DNA of 64,000 bases from Paragordius varius. Its lineage: Eukaryota > Animalia > Nematomorpha. The DNA is taken from the NCBI GenBank assembly GCA_964247055.1, contig OZ176057.1:5890001-5954000 (forward strand), written 5' to 3'. The position numbers were made by a program, and so were the translations under genes. Below the pieces are notes generated by a model, which saw only the letters and a program-made list of their open reading frames with translations, ran no database searches and was not told the origin of the DNA. Shown piece by piece: positions 13,891-26,716 of the stretch. How positions within the stretch are numbered: position 1 is the first letter of the stretch; every line of letters begins with the position of its first letter.

Positions 13891-14570
13891 TAAAGTGCAT
13901 ACTAGAGTTTATTCCAAGTTACAATTGGTGTGCAATCTATTGAAGCCTTTGAAATTATTGTAAATATACTCATTGAAAAAGGAGGTCTATAACTACGAGT
14001 GGATTTTTAGCCTATTGACACCGATTATTAAAAAAAAATTTATTTTATTGAAAACGATATTAATAACTCAACTTGCTTATAAAAATTAGAGTTATATAAC
14101 TGGTTTTCATAACCATTACTTTATAGCACATTTTAAACATACAGTGAAATCGAAATTACACGGATAAAACGTAAAAATATAATGATAATTTTTTTGAAAC
14201 AACAACCATACTTTTTTGAATCTTCATTTTTCATTATATTATTCAAAACTGTAAAATATATAATAATTTCGTGTGTTACCAAAATATATCTATATTTTAT
14301 ACTTTGCAGTTTAAAACAATGAGTTAATCAAAAAATCAAGATTTAAAAAGTATGGGGTTGTCTTTTAGAAAAAAATATTTGTCTTTATATTTTTACGTTT
14401 TGTCCGTATATTTCAATTTTTACTTTATTATAACCTTTGATTCACAAAATAGATTTTGCTAAAAGAATTAGATGATCAAAAATTACGTATTCAGCGGTTA
14501 GAGACGGTGCTTGGAATCAATGCTTTTTCAAATGGTATAATTTACTAATTATTGATTTTATCAATATATA

Positions 14571-14879
14571 CCATTTACACTTTAAATTCACCCTTAACAA
14601 TTAAAATTCACCCTTGAACAATCCGAATTCACCCTTCAACAATACAAATTCACCCTTAAATAAATCAAATTTTTCCTAAATTTGTAAATATAATATTAAA
14701 AAATTAACATAAAACTGAAAAAATTATAAATTATGCTATAAAGAAATAATTATATTACTGATGAGTTTTATTAGCCAGAAAAAACATAATTTACATTTAA
14801 AATTTGAATTGTTTAAGGGTGAATTTGAAGTGTAAAGGTGATTTTAAATTGTTCATGTTTCAATTTGAAGTGTAAATGG
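14571..14879. mobile_element. MITE family 2 (TA|CCATTTAC...GTAAATGG|TA, subterminal ~20-bp AAATTCACCCTTGAACAAT tandem repeats)
   Basis: TIRs with TA flanks. Other copies at 19926-20230, 20745-21009, ~28590-28864 and 44346-44706, and a partial copy at ~60835-60909. Confidence 0.8.
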
Positions 14880-14916
14880 TATATTAGTAAATGTTTTATC
14901 CCTTTTTTATTTTCAG

Positions 14917-15083
14917 ATTCAAATAACCAACCCTTGTTAATGTACATAAAACCCTTACTAAACACATCTGTGGCATTCAATAAAAAATTATCGGCTATCG
15001 AATATTATGTGGGAATTTTAACTTATCAGCAAGCTTTATTGCACGATCTTTCGTTGATTGAAAAAATTGATTTGGATACCAAA
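14917..15083 (+). CDS. FReP A exon 2
   Basis: tttcag acceptor, gtgagc donor, open frame (SNNQPLLMY...IDLDTK). Confidence 0.7.
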
Positions 15084-15239
15084 GTGAGCTTTTATATATT
15101 TTAAGCTATTGTAAAATATTGAAATTATAGACAGATAAAATTTTAAGATGACGTATTTATAATTTACATAAGTCATATAAGATAGATTTCTACTTTTTTA
15201 AAAACCTAACTTTTTCGTAAACAATCTTATATAATTGGA

Positions 15240-15280
<41 letters not shown>

Positions 15281-15753
15281 AAAAAATTGAAATTATATGG
15301 ACAAAAGATAAAAATATAAAGACAAATATTTTTTTCCAAAACACAATCATACTATTAAAATGTGGTTTTTTTAAATATAACTCATTATTTAATATTGCAA
15401 ATTGTGTAGAGATACATATCAAAACCAATTTGATATTTTACAATCGTAAAAAAAGCTTATAGAGGAAAAATTATGGTTTTAAAAAGTATGGTTGTCTTTT
15501 AAAAAATTTATTTTTACGTTTTATTCGTATAATTTCAATTTTTACTGTAATTGTAAATGTTTTCTATTTCATAGTTTTGAATTTAAAAGCAATCAGTTAT
15601 ATTCAAATTAAGATTTAAAAAGTATGGTTATCTTTTGCAAACTTGTCCTTTTTAAGGTTTGGTCGTCCGTATAATATCAAATTTTAATATTATCGCTTTT
15701 TGGAAAGATAAAATCGAACAAACCATAAATATTTATTCCCTCACTAATAATAG

Positions 15754-15942
15754 GTAGAATATTTATATCGTAGAATTTCTCAAATCAATCAGAGCTTGAG
15801 TTCTTTTGTTAGCAAATTTAATGCTAAAAAACCAATCATAGAAGAATCCCTGAAGCAATCACTTTTCACTGATATCCAACATCAACAAACATTAGATGTC
15901 CAACGGGATGAACTTAAAGATATTACCATGAGTCATTTAAGG
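15754..15942 (+). CDS. FReP A exon 3 (coiled coil)
   Basis: aatag acceptor, gtaaac donor, 63 open codons (VEYLYRRISQINQ...MSHLR), phase 0/0. Confidence 0.7.
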
Positions 15943-16391
15943 GTAAACTGTTTTTTTTAAATGCGCATTAAAAAATGAAATTATAGTGACAAAATAGATG
16001 AAACATAAAGAAACAAAAGTTTTTTTTTCCACAAGCTATGCATTTTTTAAACTTGGTTAAACTCAAAATATGAAATAGCGATGTAAATTGGTAACACAAT
16101 CAAATATATATTTTATATAATTGAATTTTATTTTATATAGAAGACAAAAAGTATAATTCTCTTTAAAAAAATATTTGTTTTTAAATTTTTTTAAGTGAGT
16201 TTGTTAACAATATATCACTATTTTGCAATCAAAATGATGAACGTTTAAATAGATGTGGTCGTCTTTTAAAATAATATTTGTCCTTTAATTTTCGCATTTC
16301 TATGCATATATTTACTGTATAAAGAGCCTTTAATTTGTAATTTAATGTAATTTGTTTTATATAGTTTTGGTAAAATGTTTGCTTCAATTAG

Positions 16392-16586
16392 ATTTCCCAA
16401 AATGTTTCAATACTTGATGTTAAACTTGCTGAGTTGAGTCAAAATATAAAACATCAGCAATCTGAGTTAAATGCGCTGTCCCATCTATCCTGTCAAAATA
16501 ATGGGCGCGAACTTCAAACCAAGATTGATTTGTTGAATCATGAAATCTATGAACCACACTATGGAATTAGATTCCGTGCATAAAAA
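16392..16586 (+). CDS. FReP A exon 4 (coiled coil; TAA two codons before the donor)
   Basis: attag acceptor, ISQNVSILDVKLAELSQ...RFRA*K, gtatcc donor in phase with exon 5. Confidence 0.6.
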
Positions 16587-17368
16587 GTATCCATTTTTAG
16601 CATATTGAGCATGAGATTATATACAGTAAAAAATGAAATTATACAGACAAAATTGAAAAAGTAAACGCAAAATTTTTTTTAAAAAAGCAACCATACTTTT
16701 TTAAACCTTGATAAAATCTACATAAATTATATATGAAAATTCATATTACAGTAAAAAAGAAATATTATACACATTAAATGAAAAAACTAAAACGCCCCCC
16801 ATACTCTTTAGACCTTTTTCCCTACATGTACAGTAAAAGATAAATTATACGGATAAAATGTAAAAAGTAAAAGACTAATTTTTGAAAAGTACAACCTAAC
16901 TTTGTCTACTGTTAAATTTGAAAAGCAAATGGTATATTTACATATTTGTAATATATAATTCAGTAATTGGTCAATAAATACTATTCTTTTCTAACAATAA
17001 ACGATTAATTTTTTAAAAAATTAACCTTAAAAAAATATAATTGTTTTGGCAACAAATATTTGTCTTTTAGTTTAACGTTTTTTTTGTATAATTTCTCTTT
17101 GTACTGCAAAACAACGGGATGATTTAAAGGGATTTTTAAAAAAATTCGTAATTTTTGAGGTTTTTGAAAAAGTACCAGAAAATTGTTTCAACTATTTTAA
17201 CGCTTACAACCCGTTTTACTTAATATTTTCTATAGTCCAGTTTATTTGTATTAATTCTATATATTTGGATTTAGAATTCACAAATTGACTGTATCCTTGC
17301 AAGATACTACAAACAAATTGGAATATCAAAATATAAAAGTAAATTATGGATTAGGCTGAATCAGTATG

Positions 17369-18049
17369 TTTTAGAATGATATAATGTAATATCAGCAAAT
17401 TAATAATAAATTTATTAATGAATTTTCGTTAGAATCATCTAACTTCTTCGGATAAAGATAAAAATAAAATTAAAATAAAGATACAAATAAAATTATAAAA
17501 TATTTTATAAAAATAAGGATGTGTATTTATTTATAAAGAAATCCGTTACTGGGTTAACACGATTAATTTCTTTTTGTCTGTTAATCAATTTATCTTCCTT
17601 ATTTATATAGTAACTTTCTTTTAATACTCTTCTAGTGTCATTTTTTTCGTTATCTAAAATCTCAACGTTTTCCCAATCAATTTTGTGTCTGTACTTGTGT
17701 GCATGATATGCAAGTGCCGACACATTTACTTTGTTTCTTCTTTCTGCGGCTTTGTGTTCTTTTATTCGAGTATTTATACCTCTTTTTGTCTGTCCAATAT
17801 AAACATCTTCACAATCATTACATTTGACTTTGTAAACTACAGATTTTTCATCTTGTACCTTTCTGGTGTTGTTTAATAATTTATATATGTTATTGAGAGG
17901 TTTAAAAATAATATGGAACTTTGATTTTTATTTGTATCTTTATTTTAATTTTATTTTTATCTTTATTCGAAGAAGTTAGATGATTCTAACGAAAATTCAT
18001 TAATAAATTTATTATTAATTTGCTGATATTACATTATATCATTCTAAAA
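17369..18049 (-). mobile_element. 5'-truncated Penelope-like retroelement: GIY-YIG endonuclease fragment between ~124-bp inverted repeats
   Basis: Minus-strand frame ~17925-17505 reads IIFKPLNNIYKLL...SVVYKVKCNDCEDVYIGQTKRGINTRIKEH...SALAYHAHKYRHKIDWENVEILDNE...ESYYI...INRQ, the PLE GIY-YIG pattern. Arms 17369-17492 and 17926-18049 are near-perfect reverse complements. Confidence 0.9.
17420..17451 (-). ncRNA. Candidate minimal hammerhead-ribozyme motif in the PLE terminal repeat (second copy on + at 17967-17998)
   Basis: CCGAAGA-A-GTTAG(ATGATT)CTAAC-GAA-AATT-C: core variant, 5-bp stem II, palindromic AATT stem III, UUC site. Stem I pairing is weak and the core deviates from CUGANGA. Confidence 0.45.
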
Positions 18050-18561
18050 TAAAAGTAAATGTTTAATTTATTTCTTTATATGTAGCAATATCATTATTTT
18101 ACAGAAAAAAAGACAAAAATTAATAACATAAACATAAAAATTTTTTTAAAGGACAATCTTAATTTTAAATTTTTCCTATAAATTATATACAGTTTGATTA
18201 ATCTTGTTAGAAAGTTATTAATTATTGTAAATTATAATATAACAAAGGGCAGTATTATTATAGTTATTTTTTTCACTTTTTACAATTATTATCCAATAAT
18301 AATTCTTTGCTGCATATGCTATTTGGCAATAATTATTGACTTTTTAGCAATATATACTTACTCTACTGTAATTACAATAATAACTATTGTGCTACCAATA
18401 TACATCGTTATTTCACATTTTGCCAATGAGTTTTATATGGAAAAACTAACTTTAAAAAGATACAGAGGATGTTTTGAAACTAAACACATTTGTCTTTAAT
18501 TTTTAGGTTTTGTCAGTCCTTATAATTTTACTTTTTACCGTATTTTTAACTTAACGCTTAG

Positions 18562-18685
18562 AAAGTATTGTTGATGCTGAAAAATCAATTCCTTGTCCTT
18601 AAAAATGAACGCTTGCATGAATTATATGCCCTCTATAACTCTTTGAAAGGAGACATGGATAAAATGAGTCAAACTTTACCACATG
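18562..18685 (+). CDS. FReP A exon 5
   Basis: cttag acceptor, KVLLMLKNQF...QTLPH, gtatga donor, phase 1 joining to DC of exon 6. Confidence 0.7.
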
Positions 18686-19925
18686 GTATGATTTTTTATC
18701 CTTTAAAATCTTGCTTCAGAGCTTTTGGATATTTGAAACCCCTCCCGTAGGTATAGAACCGCTTCGTAAAAACCATCTTTCTTATGTGACATCATTGCAA
18801 TACAATATATTGCACATATCACTCTTTGATTAAAAAATTATAATTAAGGAACTCTATAAATGAAAAGATTTGAATATATGTAGGACCATTTGAATTTTAA
18901 AGTGAAAGTTTATTCATGAAAGCCCCGAGAGTGACCGAGCCGTTTTTTACAGTATAAACTAAAATTATACGGAGAAAACGTATAAATATAAAGACAAATT
19001 TTAAAAGACAAATTTTAAAAGACAACTATACTTTTTTAAACCTTAATTTTTCATATAAAAAACTTTTTTTGAAATTATAAAATATATGATTGATTGTGTT
19101 ACCAGTATACATCTCTAATCCATACACTGCTATTTTTAACAATCATCCAAAAATTTTAAAAATCAAGATTTAAAAAGTATGGTTTTCGTTTAAAAAAATA
19201 TTTGTCTTTATATTTTTACGTTTTGTTCGTATAACACTTTTACTGTAATGTGCTTTAAGTTTAGCACCCGTAAAAAAATAGGGGTTATTAAAAAAATTAT
19301 TGACTTTAAAAAGCAAATTTCGTGAAAATGTGTAGGCCCATTCAATATGAATCCATTTACTTTTTTTTGGTAATTGCACCAAGGATGAATGAGCTATTTT
19401 TTAATTGTCTATCAGTTCCAAAAGAGTGTTAAAATTAATATTTTTAAAGCAATTTTCCGGATATTGCGCAGGGCTATTTAAATTTCTTTTCAGATTAATT
19501 TGATATTTTTGAAGCGTCAAGAGTGACAGAGCATATTTTGAATTACTCCCTCACTTCTGTTCAACCCTCTGAACAAAGAGGTATTTTAATCAAATAACAA
19601 TCAAAAATATGATGCATTAAAATTTGATAGTGGTTTTACATTCATCTTTAATTGAACCGAGGGGTGCCATCTTTTTGAAATTGCTCTCAGTTTATCTTTG
19701 CGCCGCTTGAAAAATTGTGCTTTTTAGTTTTTTATGTTTTGATCTGATTTAAATATCATTGTGTTTCGTCTAAATCACGGAGACGCATGACTTTTGATAA
19801 AAATTAATACACAGAAACTTGCTATTATATTTGTACAACATTTGAATGGTTGAACTTTAAAACTATTACTTAGCTTCTGTAATTAAGACTTAGTTTTACA
19901 AATCAGCAAATGTAACGTATATATA

Positions 19926-20230
19926 CCATTTACAGTTCAAACTCACCCTCGAGCAATCCAAATTCACCCCTGAACAATCCAAATTCACCCCAAAAATAAA
20001 TTATGTATTTTCGAACTAATATAACTCATTATTAATATGAAAGTTTATTATTTTTTCAGTATTTTAATTCAAAACAAAATTTTCATTGTTAAAAAATATA
20101 TAAAAATGTAGGTAATTTTTAATCTTAAAAAGCATATATTTTAATTGAAGGTAAATTTAAATTGTTTGAAGGTGAATTTAAATTGTGGGTGAATTTAAAT
20201 TGTTTAAGGGTGAATTCGAATTGCAAATGG
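19926..20230. mobile_element. MITE family 2 copy, absent from the homologous site in FReP B
   Basis: The paralogous intron of copy B (~45186-45215) reads atgtaacctatatatatatattttctccg with no element, giving an empty site in a TA run. Confidence 0.8.
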
Positions 20231-20259
20231 TGCATTTATATTTTATATTTTTTTTCCAG

Positions 20260-20393
20260 ATTGTACAATGGATTGGAATTATAAGATTTCTGAATATAAA
20301 TCTGGTCTTTATTTAATTAATCCTTTTGCCGTATCAGCTGATACTAATTACAGAATGAATTTAACAGACACAATACGATCCCATTTGGTTCAA
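20260..20393 (+). CDS. FReP A exon 6 (start of fibrinogen domain)
   Basis: ttccag acceptor, DCTMDWNYKISEYKSGLYLINPFAVSAD...VQ, gtaata donor. Confidence 0.8.
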
Positions 20394-21036
20394 GTAATAT
20401 ATTTTATAATAATATAGTATAATTGCAATGTTTTATTATCCAATATCTTGGGATTGATAATGAGTAATAATTTGTTTGAATAAATTAAATTTTTTAATCA
20501 TGTCTCACGGTTTTTATTTAAAAAATGTAATTGTACGAATTATAAACAACAACAATATTCGAATATAATATATAAAACTGGATAAAACTATTTGAGTTTA
20601 ATAATGAAATTTAAACATCAATCAATAAAAATATCTTTCTTTACTTTTACTATGGTTCATATAAATAACAAATATGTACTTAACAATTGTAAATTCTTAT
20701 CTATAATTTTTTCAATATTATTAATACGTTTGTTCCATTTTATATCATTTACAGTTCAAAATTACCCTTAAACAATTCACTCCGAACGATTCAAATTCAC
20801 CTTAAAATAAATTATGTGTTTTTAAATAAAATTACCTATATTTTTAATGTTTAAAAAATTACGTTGAAAATTAATATAATACTGAAAAAATTATATACTA
20901 CGCTATGACAATATAATTCTTATTAATGAGTTATATTAGCTGTTTGAAAACACATAATTTATTAGGGTAATTTTGAATTGTTCGAGGGTGAATTTGAATT
21001 GAAGTGTGGTATATTATTCTTCATCGCAAACATTAG

Positions 21037-21259
21037 GTTTATTGCGATATGGAAGACATACATGATATAGATACAAAATTCCCTTAAAAAGCAAAATCTC
21101 TTTAAAATTTCAAGGAGAGCAGAACGGACAATAATTTTGAACCCGAAATCACAATACCAAAGATGGGCGGTTGGACTGTCATTCAACGTAGAACGAAAGG
21201 GAACACTAATTTTACACGAACCTGGAGGGATTATAAAAATGGTTTTGGAAATTTGAATG
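21037..21259 (+). CDS. FReP A exon 7 (two in-frame TAA)
   Basis: [25 protein letters not shown]...[32 protein letters not shown]. Confidence 0.8.
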
Positions 21260-21673
21260 GTATTTCCCATATTTTTTTTTGAAAAATTTCATTCTCAATT
21301 TTTTATGGTTATCTAATTAGTACACATTAAAAATTGGTATTATACAGACAAAATGTAAAAACATAAAAGCAGATCTTTTTTAAAAAGACAACCATACCCT
21401 TAGTTATAAAAATACAACCAACTAATTGTTTTAAATTTCAAAGTAATGAGAAGTAATTTATATTGTTGGTAACACAATCATTCATATACTTTTCAATTGT
21501 AATTTTATTATTTATATATGAATAGTTGAGTATGGTTGTTTTTTGGAAAATATATATATTTATCTTTGTGTAATAACTTTTGTCTGTATAATTTTAATTA
21601 TTACTGTATATTTTATATTTTTGATTTAGGTGTGGTGGGTATTTTATTGCAGTTTTTTTTTCTTAAATTTCAG

Positions 21674-22271
21674 GTGACTTTTGGTTAGGCAATGACATAA
21701 TACATCAAATAACACGTAATCAAGCCAATGAATTGATTTTTCCTGAAAAAACGTTTGGGAAGAGAACGAAAATTGTCAATCTAAAAGACTCATCAAGCAA
21801 GGGTTCTCAAACACAAAAAGAAGTCATAAGCAAGAAAAAATATTATTTGTTAAGGATAGATATGTGGAATGCCTCATCAGCACACCTAAGAGCTGAATAC
21901 ATGCATTTTAAAATTGGTTCAGAGTATCAAGGTTACCCATTACATTTAACAGCTGCTTTTCTACAGCAGAAATCCAATAATAATCCCCTCATGTCCAATT
22001 TAACTTCCAAAATAGATGATAATTACTTGTTCGATAAAAATGTCACAAGAAAATTTGACAAATATATAAATTCTTCATACAGAAAAGAAAATAATGTAGA
22101 AAGCAATAATATAATGAAACGGGACAGTGTTTCTAACGTTAATAAAAACATTAACTCAAATCTACAAGAAAAACATCATTCTAAAATCGACAATGATGGC
22201 GATAAAATCATTTATATTTCGGATTGTTTGATGGAGAATCACAATGGATTTCGATTCAGCACGATAGATCG
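21674..22271 (+). CDS. FReP A exon 8
   Basis: tttcag acceptor, DFWLGNDIIHQIT...LRIDMWN...NHNGFRFSTIDR, gtaaac donor, fully open. Confidence 0.85.
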
Positions 22272-23136
22272 GTAAACAATAATATAATTTAATTGAGTAT
22301 TTTTTTGGGGAGGGGGGGGGAAGGTTAGTTAAAAAAAGCTTATTAAAGGAAAGTTTAAAATACGTAATTATTAGCGTGGAAAAGTTTTTTAACAAAAACA
22401 TACTCTGATATATTAGTATGTGTTAACAGTAAAAAAAAATAATGTACACAAATGTAAAAGAGAAAGAAGCAAATAACAATAAAAAACATTGGTTGTCTTT
22501 TGAAAACAAATAGTATTTATATTATTACATTTTGTCCGTATATTTACAATTTTTACTGTATATTTTTGAGTCTAGTTTTTTATTTTACAATGGCTGAATT
22601 ATTTTGAGAGTGTTACTAATTTACATATCTAGTCCTCCATCAAGGTTTAAAATATGTTCCTTTTAAAATGTTTTGTCTATATAATTTCATTTTTACCATA
22701 TATTATATGTTTATAATATAAATGCTTACAATATATACATTAAAATTTGAATTTAAATATAAACATTAAGACAAATATTTTTTTCGAAAGACAATACGTT
22801 TCAACCTTTTATATAAATTGATTAATTACAATTTAAAGAACATAATTAATTAGGGTTACCAATAAACTTTTCTATTTTACATAAAAAATTAAGTAAAAAA
22901 AGGCACAGCGGTTTATTAAGAAAAAATATGGTTGCCATACTTTTACTGTCCGTATAATTATATTTTGCTCTATATTTGAGAGTGATTTTCATATCTAGTC
23001 TTCCACCATCAAGATTTATATGGTCTTTTTAAAATATCCATATAATTTTATTTTTTATGTAATGCTTTGTATACTTTGTGTTCGCCGTATAATTTAAATT
23101 TTTACTGTACTCTTTTTTACTAACTTTTTTTCTTAG

Positions 23137-23344
23137 CGATCAAGATGGTAGTTCGGTTGATTGTGCAAAGTATTATTCAGGAGGTTGGTGGTATTCTCAT
23201 TGCCAAAAATGTAATCTCAATGGGCGCTGGAATATTGGACTTACTTGGTTCGATTCTCGGACTCAAGAATGGATTAAGATTGAAAGATACGTTATGAAAA
23301 TTAGACCTTATTATGTTACTTATTATACTTATTCTTCGTTATAG
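23137..23344 (+). CDS. FReP A terminal exon 9
   Basis: cttag acceptor, DQDGSSVDCAKYYSGGWWYSHCQKCNLNGRWNIGLTW...MKIRP...*. Confidence 0.85.
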
Positions 23345-26158
23345 TTGATATTCAATAAATTTAATCGCTACATTATGTTGGGTATAGTAGTATGTGTAAA
23401 CATAAACCTTGCTGGTTTCTTACAGTAAAAATTGAAAATTATATGGGGACAAAACGTGAAAATATAAATACACATATTTTTATCTAAAAGACATCCACAC
23501 TCTTAAAACCTAAATGTTTTCCATATAAGCTACTGAGTTACAATTGTAAAATATAGAATTATTTATCTCTATTTCACGCTTTACCATTTAAAACAATGAG
23601 TTACATACATTGAAATAAATCAAGATTTAAAAAGTATGGTCGTCTTTTATAAAAAAATATTTGTCTTTATATTTTTACGTTTTGCCCGTGTAATTTCAAC
23701 TGTAGATATTCCCTGATCATATATATACAACAGTAAAAAGCATTATTAATGAAAATTAGCAATGTAGTTAATTACTCATAATAGATATTTCATGATATTT
23801 TTTAACATATATTAAAATATTTATTTTACGGACAAAATGTAATATAAAGACAAATATTTTTTTCACAAAACAACCAAACTTTTTATCCTTATACAAGCTA
23901 TTTAAATACAATTGTAAAATATAGAGTTATGTGTTAAAATTTATGTCTATTTCACACTTTGTCATCATAACGAATGAGTTATATAAAAAAAACTTAAAAA
24001 GTCAGGGTTGTCTTTGGGGAAAAAATATTTATCTTTATGTTACGTTTTATCCGTGTAATTTCAATTTTCTGTATATTCCTTTAGAAAAATATATAATTGC
24101 AAAATTTAAAATCTTGCTGTTTTTTTAATTAATTCAGTGGTTTCCAAAGATTTTGGTTCTAAAAGGATTTTTTACCGAAAATCAGTGTCGATTTCGGCTG
24201 TCAGAGTTTAGATTGACTTCAATACCAAGTCAAACTGTTAAATATATTTTATATTTTTCTCGATGAAAAAATTTATTGAAGAGTAAATTAGATAGACATC
24301 CAAAAATGAATAAAGTTTTTTTTAATTCTAGGAATTGGGAAATTGTAGGAATAAAGTTTCTATTAATTAATGGTTTAGGCTCCGCAAAAATCATCTCTTT
24401 TTTTAAATTTTATAATGACATAAAAAAACTTATAAAGAGTATGTACATTTCATTGTAAAAAAATTAATTAATGGTTAAAATTGATTTAAACTTTAAACTC
24501 TACAAAATTTTCTACATTGTGTCCCCAAATTAACTTTTTTTAAATAATTTGACCATTATTACAGTAAAAATTAAAATTATACGACGGACAAAACGTAAAA
24601 ATATAAACACAAATATTTTTTTTAAAGACAACCATACTTTTTTAAACCCTTATTTTTCCCCTTTAAGTTATTAAATTAGGAGTGTAAAATATCAAATTCA
24701 TTGTGTTATTAATATATAACTCTATTTCACCTTTTTCAAATTTTTATAATGATTGAAAAAAATAAAGAATTAAATAGTATGGTTGTCTTTTAAAAAATAT
24801 TTGTCTTTATAATTTTTCGTTTTGTCCGTATAATTTCATTTTAATGAAAAAATTCACGCATGGTTCACTATTTTATTTTGTATTACCATATGTTTATGAG
24901 TCCAAATGAGAGGAATTTAAAATAAAATTGCCATAATACCCCCATTTTTATAATTTAGCGATATTTTGAAAAAATCCAAAAAAGATTATATTTTACAAGT
25001 ATTTCAGGAATTTACATTTTTTTATTATATAATATTAAAAATTGTCTCAAAAGATCATCTTTGATTTATATTGGTTTACTAAAAACAGCTTTGGTTATGT
25101 TCCCCTCATTTTTCAATTCCCTCAAAAACTTCCTAAAATCGAATATAAATAGCTTTTCGAAAAAAAATAATTTACCAAAAATAGTTTTTTTAAAAAAGAT
25201 TTAAATTTTGATAAATCATTTTTATTTTAAATGTAAATGAACAATGAAAATTGGAATTAATTATGATAATAGTATAGAACAATGAGTGAATGGAATAAAT
25301 AGAAAAAAAAATTAAAATTAAATGACAATTAATATTTTTTATTTTTATTTTATTTTTTTATATGGCAGAAGGTAAATTACATATATATTATATATATTTA
25401 TATATAAATTTCGATTTTTTGACACAGTTTTGATTTTACTATATATTTTTTATAACAAAAATTATTGTGATTTTTTTGTATTTAGTTTAGTATTTTCTCT
25501 TTTAAAACAATGAAAAAACTGGTTTGTCATTGCCAAAAAAAATTTTTCAATTTTCAATTTTAATTTAAAATTTTTTTTTATTTTAAAGTCAATTATGATT
25601 TAATTTGATTTAATTATATAGATAGTTGGTTGTTTTGTTTTGTTTTATTTTATAGTAAATCAATATCAAATATTTTTGATTAACAAAATACCTTATATCA
25701 TCCTTCCATTTTTTTCTGAACTTAAGAATTTGGAAGTAACATTGAAATTCCTATTAACTAATCCCTGAATAATGCAATATTATATACTATTTTATAAAAT
25801 GACATAAATAGATTGATTGATTCTATACTTTGCAATCATCTAAGTTGTTCAACATTTATATTATATTGTAATTCTTCCTAAAAATAATTAATCGGATAAT
25901 TATTCGAAACTTGTGGTTTATGGGTCAATGAAACATAATGGTTAGGATTATTTAACAAACCCAACCAAAAACAACGCTACATGTTTTATGAAAAACTTTA
26001 TTTTATCTGAAAAATTCTTCTTATTTTTTAAATTAAATCAAATTTAACTACCATCACACAGTAAAGGACAACTCTCCAATTATTCGGTTTTTGGCTACAT
26101 TAAATAAACCAAATCTACCGTTAAAAGAACTCTTTATCAAAAACTCTAGTGCGCACAC

Positions 26159-26716
26159 ATGAAAGGCAGCGGTAGAAACTCAGTTCAAAGTTTTAAATCG
26201 AATTCATCAATAGCAACAACACCCGTTAGTGAAAGAGAATATACCAATACCAATTCAATCAGGAGTCAATCGATGAGTTCAAGTAGCCCGTGTACAAGTG
26301 AAGATATCATCGAACCTCAAACTTGCTCTAACAGTTCCTTCAGCGGAAATAGTAATAACACCAATAATAATTTTCGTGATAGAAATGGAAATGCAAACCA
26401 AAAGTTGTCACAGATGATGATGGAACCATTGATAAGCGCGGGCATTTTTGTAAGTCAATCCCCCAGTAAAAACTTAAATAAGCAAAAGAGCTCTGTTTTA
26501 CCATTGGAGACGGCAGAAAAATTTAGTAATGCCAACAACCAAGTAAAAATGATGAGACATAAATCTGGATTACTTCAATTGAATCAAAATGATTCTACTA
26601 AACAACAAGCGTCAGTTATTAATAATTGTGCAGTCCCACAGCCCGGTGGTAAAAGGCGTTATAACCCCGTGAAAGTTGTCAAGAAAGATTCTTTCAGTTT
26701 TTTGCGACACGAAACG
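26159..26716 (+). CDS. SH2 gene exon 1
   Basis: ORF 26159+, donor gtaatt at 26717. Confidence 0.75.

Larger units (their letters stand above)
9917..23344 (+). pseudogene. Fibrinogen-related protein gene, copy A (signal peptide, coiled coil, fibrinogen C-terminal domain); probable young pseudogene or null allele
   Basis: Exons 9917-10923, 14917-15083, 15754-15942, 16392-16586, 18562-18685, 20260-20393, 21037-21259, 21674-22271, 23137-23344, all GT-AG. Phases match for exons 2-9; exon 1 needs a 1-nt frameshift. FReD motifs DC...[58 protein letters not shown]...GGWWYSHC...NLNG. Stops at 10334, 10361, 10388, 16581, 21085 and 21103, plus an apparent 1-nt frameshift at the A-run 10850-10857. Confidence 0.8.

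Noticed and set aside
9917-23344. Genome-wide stop-codon reassignment explaining the in-frame TAA/TAG in FReP A
   Set aside because: The SH2 gene has ~1197 AT-rich codons with no internal stop, and ERp29 and the SH2 gene end at ordinary TAA.
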